Assembly (NCBI GenBank): GCA_963768425.1
Contig: CAVYHV010000021.1
Location: 1 to 13,158, forward strand
Reading direction: 5' to 3'
Source: Candidatus Bathyarchaeota archaeon
GTDB lineage: Archaea > Thermoproteota > Bathyarchaeia > Bathyarchaeales > Bathycorpusculaceae
DNA length: 13,158 bases
A model generated the notes under the pieces. It saw only the letters and a list, made by a program, of their open reading frames with translations, searched no databases and was not told the DNA's origin. How positions within the stretch are numbered: position 1 is the first letter of the stretch; the number at the start of each line of letters is the position of its first letter. This document shows, piece after piece, positions 1 through 7,457 of this stretch. Position numbers and translations under genes: made by a program.

Positions 1-103
1 GGATGATGTCGCCGTCCCAGTCTGATAGGGAAAGATGAAGATTGAAAATTGACAGACCCCAAATTACTTTCTCCAAAAACGCATGACGCAAGGTGCATTC
101 ATT

Positions 104-112
104 TTTTATAAG
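104..112. promoter_or_regulatory. TATA-box-like element upstream of the wHTH gene, readable in both directions
   Basis: TTTTATAAG on + (TTATAAAA on -), about 45 nt before ATG 154. It matches the archaeal TTTA(A/T)A consensus. Confidence 0.45.
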
Positions 113-153
113 TGGGCTTATGATATGTCTTTGTTTATGGTGCACTTTTAGAA

Positions 154-411
154 ATGGTGAGGGTGCGTAAGAGTGCGGTGCAGATTCGGTTTGAAGTCTT
201 AGAGTATCTTTTCTTTAATTCGAAGCCTCAGCTTAGAACTGCGATATGGCGGAAATCAACAAACCTGTCCTATGATGATTTTCTTAAGCATTTGGCTTTT
301 CTAAAAGAGAAGAACTTGGTGAAGGAATCAACTGACGGGAACTGCTCTCTGACGGATGAAGGACGAAAATTGTATGTTGACTTGCGTAAGTCGCTTCCGT
401 CAATTTTGTAG
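154..411 (+). CDS. Winged helix-turn-helix DNA-binding protein, small archaeal transcription regulator (HTH_45-like)
   Basis: 85-aa basic ORF with the pattern RKS..I..EVL...T.I..STNLS...F.KHL.FL.EKNLV......LTDEG, typical of small archaeal wHTH regulators. Confidence 0.8.
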   Translation: MVRVRKSAVQIRFEVLEYLFFNSKPQLRTAIWRKSTNLSYDDFLKHLAFLKEKNLVKESTDGNCSLTDEGRKLYVDLRKSLPSIL

Positions 412-434
412 GCATTCACTTGTGGTGCATCATG

Positions 435-466
435 TATAAAAACAAAACCAGCTTAAATGAAGGTGG
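435..466 (+). promoter_or_regulatory. Putative TATA box and RBS of the membrane-protein gene
   Basis: TATAAAAA at 435-442 and SD-like AGGTGG at 461-466, 8 nt before ATG 475. Confidence 0.45.
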
Positions 467-474
467 AAACGAAA

Positions 475-828
475 ATGCCCGAAGAAAACCATGAAGATAA
501 GCAGTACCCAGTCAAGTCTCTGCATGACTTTCTCTTTGAGTTAGAAAAGGAATGGACTAAATTTCGAAACGGAACCCTGATAGGGCTCGCATCCTCAGCA
601 GTCCTGTTCATCGTAGTTGTTTGGCTTATTTTGAGAATCAGACATTTCGGGCTTGGATTGGTAGATTTTGTGTTTCTAATAATCGTGGGTGTTGTCTTAG
701 GTTACGCTGTCTACGCTATGGTTGCCCAATACCGGTTCCTCAATAAATGGGAACGCCGAATCGGCTTGCTTCTGCACATGGAAGAGGAAATGATGTCGGA
801 AAAACTGGGCGACAACAAAAGCCCTTAG
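475..828 (+). CDS. Hypothetical membrane protein with two TM helices (117 aa; alternative start 457)
   Basis: Two hydrophobic segments (GTLIGLASSAVLFIVVVWLIL and LVDFVFLIIVGVVLGYAVYAMV) flanked by charged helices. The SD-like AGGTGG favours ATG 475. Confidence 0.75.
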   Translation: MPEENHEDKQYPVKSLHDFLFELEKEWTKFRNGTLIGLASSAVLFIVVVWLILRIRHFGLGLVDFVFLIIVGVVLGYAVYAMVAQYRFLNKWERRIGLLLHMEEEMMSEKLGDNKSP

Positions 829-881
829 AATTTCCCTTTGTTAGCTAACTCAGAGTAAGAACAGATGAGCTCATTGAGACA

Positions 882-3800
882 TCAGGCGGAGAGTGCGGGA
901 ATAGTTATAACGAATTTTGCTCCATTGCCCGGCTCACCCTCTTCTGCTATGCTCCATCCGTAAACTTCCATCATTTTCTTTATCAGAAATAAGCCGAAGC
1001 CTGTGCTGCCACTTGTGCTGAAGCCTTCCGTGAAGAGCTTCGATTTATTCTCTGCTGAAATGCCAACGCCATCATCCTCGTACACTAGCCGCAACTCACC
1101 CGACTCAGCCGTCTCACAATGCACCTTTATTGTTGTGGCTTTTTCGCCGTATTTTCTTGTGTTATCAATGAAATTGTAGAACATTTGCCTGAGAAACGAA
1201 TCTGCCCGAACATACAAGCCTTGGCAGTCATTAACGACCTTAAGAGTTAAGCCAGAGAAAAGAGCCACAGCTTCATCCACGACCTTATCCACATCAACAA
1301 AAGTTAGCTCTTCAACACCCAGTTGCTCATACATTTTGGCGAACTCAAAAATCCTTACCGAATCTTTAACTGCCTTCTCAATCTTATCCATTCCCTCAAC
1401 AATGTCAGCTTGATCCAAATGTTTCCTTCTGAGCAAATAGGCATAACCATTTACTGTTGAAAGTTTGTTGCGGACATCATGCCTGGTTAAGCTGCCAACC
1501 ACACGTAACTTCTCGTTCATATCTTTAATTTTGCGACTGCTCTCTTCGATTTTAGTTTCCGCGTTCTTTCTATCAGATATGTCCACAAAGTTCTCAATGA
1601 GGTATGTAGTATCCCCTTCTTTTAGTCGGCTAACACTTTTAATTATGGGAATTCTGTTTCCATTTAAGGCAAGGAGTGTTAGCTCAGAATTCATTATATC
1701 TTGTCCTAAGTCGGTCGCCGGGCATTTTCCTTTTTCCGCTGGGCATACAAATTTGTGACATACTTCTCCAACAACTTGCTCCTTGGAAGCTCCAAGAAGG
1801 GTTAGTGCATGGGAGTTAACATCGACAATCTCATGGGTTTTGCCGTTCACAATGATTATTCCTGAAAGAACGGTGTTAAGTATTGATTCTAAATAGGCTT
1901 TGTTTCGGCTGCTTTCTTCTTCGGCTTTTTTGAGTTCAGTTATGTCTTGGCAGAAGGTTATCAATTTACCACCGGGTAATCTGGCGCAACTCAAGAAAAC
2001 GTTTACAGTTTGACCATTTTTTCTCTTCAGCCTGAACTCCCGGATGGATACACCCTTGTCTTTATCCTTAAATGCGCTAAACAGCTTTAACGCCTTGGGC
2101 AAATCTTCTTTTAGCAAGACATCCGCAAAACTAGTTCTCAGGAGTTCTTCTTGGCTGTAATCTAACAGGTCACAAGCTGCTTTGTTTACAAAATCAGCTT
2201 TACCATCAGGTTTACAAACAAAAAATGCCAAAGGGGCATTCTCAAGATAAAATTGATTTTTCTCTTTGGACTCCCGCAAAGCCTCCTCGGTTTTCTTGCG
2301 CTCAGAAATATTTCGTATGATATCTACGAATCCTATTCCTTGACCTTTTTCGTCTGTTATGAGTGCCGTTGCCACTTCTATTTGAAATTCCGAGCCATCA
2401 TTTCTCAATCCAGTAAATTCGCCCAGATAGCTTTGACCGGTTTTCAAACATTCCAAAGAACTTTGAGTTACTCGGGAGCGGTCACGTTCAGCAACGAACT
2501 CAAGAACATGTTTTCCTATGATATCCTTTTTGTTGGCAACACCGCACATTTCTAAAAGTGCATCATTAACATAAGTAATAAAGCCATTTGGTCCACCTAT
2601 GACAACCCCATCTTTTGTCTTTTGAATAGCAAGAGAAAACATCTTCAATTCTCTTTCAACTTTTTTGCTTTCAGTGATGTCTACGACAACTCCTCTAGCG
2701 CCTACGATCTTACCATCACGGACAATTGGAACACTAGACAAGCAAACTGGGAAACGTGTTCCATCTTTTCTGACAAAGGTGTATTCGTTGCTCTGGCGCA
2801 TGTTTCCATCAAACATTATTTTCATGTTTTCTTTCGAGCGTGACCTATCTTCCGGAGCAACAAGACAATTAGCGTCAAAGACCTTCCCAAAATCCTCCTT
2901 AGAGTATCCAGTAAGTTCAAAGGCTCTTGCATTAGCAAAAACAATATGCGCGTTTATGTCTATTTCAAAAACCATCTCCGGCAAAAGATTAACAAGCTCT
3001 TTAAACTTAGCTTCACTTTCCAAGACGGACTGCTCAGCTTTCTTACGTTCAGTAATGTCTCGTTCAACTGAAACTAAAAAATTCTTCGAACCAACTTGTA
3101 CTTTTTTAATGGAAACTTCAACGTCAATTGTCGAGCCGTCTTTGCGACGATGCCTTGCTTCGAACATTAACTTTTCATTGTTTAGAAGTCTTCTTAACCC
3201 TTCGAACATTCGTTCATCGCCGCTTTCCGTATCAAGAAACATGATAGGTTTGCCGATGATTTCCTCTCGGGTGTAGCCGTGAATTTGCAAGGCGGAAGAA
3301 TTGGCGTCAAAGATTACAGGGGCTCCTTTTGATGGAACCTCCAAAATTAAGTTGTAATCGCCAGCTTGCTCGAACAGTGCTTTATACTTTTCTTCGCTTT
3401 CTTTAAGGTCTTGCTCTGCCTTCTTGCGCTCGGTAATGTCTAAAAATACTCCCTGCACACTGGGCTGTCCATTATGCTCAATGAGAGTTCCGCATGCTTC
3501 CAACCATATTGTTTTACCATCCTTTCGGATTCCACGAACCTCATAGACTGATTCAACTTTTTTTCCCGCTAAGCGCTGACCAAAACGGCCAAAAAAAGTC
3601 TCTCTATCATCTGGATGAGCCAGTTTCAAAGTATCTTGCGGCGAAAGAGCAACTAACTCTTCTGAAGAATATCCAAAGAGCTTCCCCATTGCTGAGTTGG
3701 CAAAAACAATCCGTGCGGGAGACCCTTGTGCAATTATAATGCCTTGTAAAGTATTCTCTACTATTTTGCGATACTTTGACTCTAACTCAGCATGAAGTTT

Positions 3801-4193
3801 TTTGAATTTTCTCCGCTCAATAGTTTTAACCAAGATGTCGGATAGTTCGCCGTACACTGTTTCAGGATCGCCCTGCTTGTTGATGTACGCGTCGGCACCT
3901 AGGTTTAATGCTTTGATGGCGATTTCTTCTCTACCTTTCCCAGTGAACAGTACAAACGGGATTTCGGTGTTTTTCCCGCGTAGCTCTTTCAGGAATTGGA
4001 GTCCGTCTGTTTGGGGCATTTCAAAATCAGAAATAACAATATCGTATTGCCCAGTTGCCAGTTTCTTGAAAGCATCATCCACACAACACGCTTGGTCGAT
4101 GTCAAAGCGGCTGTTCAGATCCAGTAGAATTTGTTTTGAAATTTCCAATAGGGAAGCATCATCGTCAACGTGCAAGACGCGTATTGTTTCCAT
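882..4193 (-). CDS. Hybrid sensor histidine kinase with REC, six PAS/PAC, HisKA-like and HATPase_c domains (1103 aa)
   Basis: The receiver starts at METIRVLHVDDD (ATG 4193 preferred over 4235) and has ISDFEMP (phospho-Asp), FTGKG and YINK. Six PAS units end in DITERKK-like motifs. H-box TRHDVRNKL, N-box YNFIDNTRKYG, G1 EDDGVGI, F-box LFTEGFS and G2 GTGFGLF are present. There is no TM segment, so it is cytoplasmic. Confidence 0.95.
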   Translation of the reverse strand: METIRVLHVDDDASLLEISKQILLDLNSRFDIDQACCVDDAFKKLATGQYDIVISDFEMPQTDGLQFLKELRGKNTEIPFVLFTGKGREEIAIKALNLGADAYINKQGDPETVYGELSDILVKTIERRKFKKLHAELESKYRKIVENTLQGIIIAQGSPARIVFANSAMGKLFGYSSEELVALSPQDTLKLAHPDDRETFFGRFGQRLAGKKVESVYEVRGIRKDGKTIWLEACGTLIEHNGQPSVQGVFLDITERKKAEQDLKESEEKYKALFEQAGDYNLILEVPSKGAPVIFDANSSALQIHGYTREEIIGKPIMFLDTESGDERMFEGLRRLLNNEKLMFEARHRRKDGSTIDVEVSIKKVQVGSKNFLVSVERDITERKKAEQSVLESEAKFKELVNLLPEMVFEIDINAHIVFANARAFELTGYSKEDFGKVFDANCLVAPEDRSRSKENMKIMFDGNMRQSNEYTFVRKDGTRFPVCLSSVPIVRDGKIVGARGVVVDITESKKVERELKMFSLAIQKTKDGVVIGGPNGFITYVNDALLEMCGVANKKDIIGKHVLEFVAERDRSRVTQSSLECLKTGQSYLGEFTGLRNDGSEFQIEVATALITDEKGQGIGFVDIIRNISERKKTEEALRESKEKNQFYLENAPLAFFVCKPDGKADFVNKAACDLLDYSQEELLRTSFADVLLKEDLPKALKLFSAFKDKDKGVSIREFRLKRKNGQTVNVFLSCARLPGGKLITFCQDITELKKAEEESSRNKAYLESILNTVLSGIIIVNGKTHEIVDVNSHALTLLGASKEQVVGEVCHKFVCPAEKGKCPATDLGQDIMNSELTLLALNGNRIPIIKSVSRLKEGDTTYLIENFVDISDRKNAETKIEESSRKIKDMNEKLRVVGSLTRHDVRNKLSTVNGYAYLLRRKHLDQADIVEGMDKIEKAVKDSVRIFEFAKMYEQLGVEELTFVDVDKVVDEAVALFSGLTLKVVNDCQGLYVRADSFLRQMFYNFIDNTRKYGEKATTIKVHCETAESGELRLVYEDDGVGISAENKSKLFTEGFSTSGSTGFGLFLIKKMMEVYGWSIAEEGEPGNGAKFVITIPALSA

Positions 4194-4548
4194 ACCATTG
4201 ATTGTTATTAAAGCGCTACTTGGGTGTTGAAGCAAATTGTTGCCTACAATCTAAGGCATCAGGTTTAGGAGCACTAAAATTATTTGTGCGAATTTATCTG
4301 CACATACAAAGCTTCCTTGCTAACCATTCAGTTAGCGGTCAACGTCGAGCTAATTTTGGACTTAATGCTATTTTGAAGTTCAAGTCAGAATAGAATCAGA
4401 GATTTCACAGATGACAAAATACCAGCTTTAGGGAATCAGTCATCTCTTGAAAATTTAGTTACTTTAACCGTGGCTTAAACTGCTTCCATCAAAGTTAGAA
4501 ACCCGAGCTTAATGTACATTTTTGGTGCACATCAAAAGTGCGGCTTGC

Positions 4549-4594
4549 TTTTTAAAGGCAACAACAAAGAAGTTACCATTGAAGAAATCGGAGG
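4549..4594 (+). promoter_or_regulatory. Putative TATA box and RBS of the secreted-protein gene
   Basis: TTTTTAAA at 4549-4556 and GGAGG at 4590-4594, ahead of ATG 4605. Confidence 0.45.
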
Positions 4595-4604
4595 CGAAAA
4601 CGAA

Positions 4605-5108
4605 ATGGCCAAATTAACCAGAAAAAACAAAATCGCAATAACCGCATTAGCAGCCATAGCAATCGTGCTGGTGATAACTGTACCGTACGCGAGCGCACAA
4701 ACCGTTGCAAACAACGCAGCTACAAACATAAAAACACTCAACGCTAAAGGGAACATCTACCAAAAAATCGACAGCGACACCATAAAATACTATCAGGCAG
4801 ACTTAACCCTGACGCTTCAGCCAACATCGACAACTGGCGCTGTCAAACGTTTTGATGTGACAGGCGGAACATTGGCCGCAAACGGGGTTAGGTACACCTT
4901 CACAAGCGGAAACGGCGGAGTGTTGACCGGCAGACACGACGTTCTATTGCAAGCGCAGGGCGCCGATCCGAACGGACAGCCAGTCACGTTAAAGTTTGCT
5001 GGGCAATACTCATATTCTTGGCTTGCAGGCAAAGTTGCTTTGAAAATCGGCGCTAAATTGCAAACAATCGATGCCAACTACACATTGCTGATGCTGGCAT
5101 CGATCTAG
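4605..5108 (+). CDS. Secreted or cell-surface hypothetical protein with signal peptide (167 aa)
   Basis: ATG 4605 follows a GGAGG RBS. MAKLTRKNKIAITALAAIAIVLVITVPYASA-Q is a basic n-region, hydrophobic h-region and A-x-A cleavage site. The mature part is Thr/Gly-rich with alternating beta-strand patterns. Confidence 0.8.
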   Translation: MAKLTRKNKIAITALAAIAIVLVITVPYASAQTVANNAATNIKTLNAKGNIYQKIDSDTIKYYQADLTLTLQPTSTTGAVKRFDVTGGTLAANGVRYTFTSGNGGVLTGRHDVLLQAQGADPNGQPVTLKFAGQYSYSWLAGKVALKIGAKLQTIDANYTLLMLASI

Positions 5109-5113
5109 CCGCC

Positions 5114-5143
5114 GTTTTTACTTGTCCTTTCTTTCCCTTTTTG
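5114..5143 (+). terminator. Oligo-T/pyrimidine-rich archaeal-type terminator
   Basis: GTTTTTACTTGTCCTTTCTTTCCCTTTTTG directly after the TAG at 5108. Confidence 0.45.
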
Positions 5144-5267
5144 ATCGAGTATTTCTGGGTTCACAGTACCTTAATAAATTGGCATTTCAAATAATAAGTC
5201 AGGGTTGAGCCTAACCCCTTTTAGCAATAAACTAGAAAAAACGTTGTAACCTGAGGATAATTGACGG

Positions 5268-7457
5268 ATGATTCCAAATTACCCTGAAGAAGGACCACCG
5301 CTGAAGCTGCCTTTAAGAATCGGCAGATTATTCGAGCTTGCAAACAACCTTTGGTGGAGCTGGCATGAGGAGGGACGACAAATTTTCCGTTCACTTGACT
5401 ACGCACTGTGGAGAACCAGCGGACATAACCCCGTGAAACAGCTACGCGACATGTCCACAGAAAAACTGGAGGCGGCAAGCAGAGATCCCACTTTTCTCGA
5501 GCTTTACGACACTGTAATGGAAAAGTATGATGAAGAATTGATGAGCCCGCACGAATGGTGCGGCAAAATAAAGATGGACACCCCATGGGGGCAGATAGCT
5601 TATTTCTCAGCTGAATATGCGATTCATTATTCTTTGCCCATTTACGCAGGCGGCTTAGGCGTATTGGCAGGAGACATCTGCAAGGAATCCTCAGACCGCG
5701 GATTGCCGCTGGTTGCAGTTGGATTCATGTATCCTCAAGGCTACTTTCGACAGCGCATATCTCCCCAAGGCGACCAACAGGAAGAGTATATACAGCTAAA
5801 CTTCGACGACGCACCCATCAACCCCTGCGCTTGGCCTTACGGTTGTGGTCCACTTATCCCCATTCAACTTGGCGACCACGTCGTATACGTTAAGATATGG
5901 GAAGTGCATGTCGGACGAGTAAACATGTATTTGATGGACACCAATGTGGAAGAAAACAGACCTCAAGACAGGATGCTTTCAGCACGCCTATACACAGCCG
6001 ACCAAGAGGAACGTCTTCGGCAGCTAATCGTTTTAGGAGTCGGAGGAGTCCGAACACTAAGGGAACTCCGTATTCAACCAGTTGTGTGGCACGCAAACGA
6101 AGACCACACCGCATTCATGATGCTTGAACGACTCCGCCTAGAACGCGCCAACGGCGTCCCCTTAGAGGAAGCCTTGCAAAACGTACGCAAACGCACAGTT
6201 TTCACAACTCACACCCCCGTTGCAGCAGGTCACCACGTCTTTTCTTATCAGTTAATGGATCGTTATTCACGTAGCCTTTGGGAACCACTCGGAATTGACC
6301 GTGATACATTCCTTAAGCTGGGGCAATCCGATGCAGGTCCAGAAACCTTCAATCTTACAGCATTCGCCTTCCGTTTGGCGAGCCAATCAAACGCCGTATC
6401 AAAGCTGCACGGCAAGGTTACGAGGCACATGTGGCAGGGACTTTGGCCTGGCAAAAACGAGGAAGAAACACCAATCAAATCCGTCACTAACGGTGTCCAT
6501 CTTCCTACATGGCAAGCGCCTGAGATCGCTGCTTTATGCCAAAAACACCTTGATGCTCAATGGAAAGAAGACCAAGATAACCAGGAGTTCTGGAGTTGCC
6601 TTAGTGACATCTCTGATGATGAATTATGGCAGATTCGCCAGAACCTAAAGAGGGGACTCATCACTGCAATCCAGGACAGGGCGCAGCAACGTTGGACACA
6701 TGACCAAGTGACAACCCAGCAAGTAATTGCTATGGGTTCCCTGCTGGATCCGTATGCGTTAACTATTGCTTTTGTGCGTCGATTTACCGCGTACAAGAGA
6801 CCTTACTTGATTTTGTCAAACATAGAGCGGCTTAAACGAATCATAACTAACTCGGAGAGACCCGTGCAACTTATTTTTGCAGGAAAATCCCACCCTGCCG
6901 ACTACCAGTCCAAACAGCTACTCAAGCAAGTTTACACTGTAGCGTTAGACAAGGGATTTGAAGGGCGAATCGCTTTCGTCGAAGACTACGACCTTAACGT
7001 TGCACGCGAATTGGTTCGCGGCGTCGACATCTGGCTGAATAACCCGAGGAGACTGCAGGAAGCATGCGGAACAAGCGGAATGAAGGCTTCGATGAACGGC
7101 GTTCTTAACTTTAGTGTCCGCGATGGGTGGTGGGATGAGGCGTACAACGGCAAGAACGGGTGGGCAATAGGCGACATGGATGGTGGCACACCTGAAGAAG
7201 AAGACAAAAAAGACGCCGAGTCTCTTTATAACTTGCTGGAAAAAGAGATCGTTCCGCTTTATTACGAACGCGACCGCAAAGGAATTCCGCTGAAGTGGAT
7301 GCAGATGGTTAAAGAAGCCATCAGAACGATAACGCCTGCTTTCAACGCCTGTCGAATGATGAAGGAATATAATCGGGAGATGTATTTGCCTGCCGCCGGA
7401 CAGGAAGTTGCCAATGATAATCCGGCTGGGGGAATTAGTGTTGGAGAAACAAAATAA
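5268..7457 (+). CDS. glgP: Alpha-glucan (glycogen/maltodextrin) phosphorylase, GT35
   Basis: Motifs LANNLWWSW, HNPV, YFSAEY..IYAGGLGVLAGD, YPQGYFRQ, FTTHTPV.AGH, VTNGVH, RRF..YKR, IFAGKSHP and the PLP-lysine motif EACGTSGMKASMNG..DGWW. SD-like GAGGA at 5253-5257. Confidence 0.96.
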   Translation: MIPNYPEEGPPLKLPLRIGRLFELANNLWWSWHEEGRQIFRSLDYALWRTSGHNPVKQLRDMSTEKLEAASRDPTFLELYDTVMEKYDEELMSPHEWCGKIKMDTPWGQIAYFSAEYAIHYSLPIYAGGLGVLAGDICKESSDRGLPLVAVGFMYPQGYFRQRISPQGDQQEEYIQLNFDDAPINPCAWPYGCGPLIPIQLGDHVVYVKIWEVHVGRVNMYLMDTNVEENRPQDRMLSARLYTADQEERLRQLIVLGVGGVRTLRELRIQPVVWHANEDHTAFMMLERLRLERANGVPLEEALQNVRKRTVFTTHTPVAAGHHVFSYQLMDRYSRSLWEPLGIDRDTFLKLGQSDAGPETFNLTAFAFRLASQSNAVSKLHGKVTRHMWQGLWPGKNEEETPIKSVTNGVHLPTWQAPEIAALCQKHLDAQWKEDQDNQEFWSCLSDISDDELWQIRQNLKRGLITAIQDRAQQRWTHDQVTTQQVIAMGSLLDPYALTIAFVRRFTAYKRPYLILSNIERLKRIITNSERPVQLIFAGKSHPADYQSKQLLKQVYTVALDKGFEGRIAFVEDYDLNVARELVRGVDIWLNNPRRLQEACGTSGMKASMNGVLNFSVRDGWWDEAYNGKNGWAIGDMDGGTPEEEDKKDAESLYNLLEKEIVPLYYERDRKGIPLKWMQMVKEAIRTITPAFNACRMMKEYNREMYLPAAGQEVANDNPAGGISVGETK

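Noticed and set aside
1-98. Possible 5' end of a divergent minus-strand gene (frames reading ..LSIFNLHLSLSDWDGDII or MHLASCVFG..) running off the left edge
   Set aside because: Only about 30 codons are visible, two frames are open and there is no recognisable motif, so it cannot be supported from this window.
1545-3445. Recurring DITERKKAE-encoding DNA segments in the kinase
   Set aside because: Explained by the PAS/PAC linker motif. They are degenerate at synonymous sites and are not a CRISPR or DNA repeat array.
1465-4393. Plus-strand ORFs over or next to the kinase (1465, 2253, 2622, 2665, 3494, 3802, 4202)
   Set aside because: Antisense shadows of a well-supported gene, or short with no motifs or RBS.
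5201-5223. Small hairpin GGGTT-GAGCCT-AACCC followed by a T-run upstream of glgP
   Set aside because: Only a 5-bp stem, too weak to call a terminator or riboswitch.
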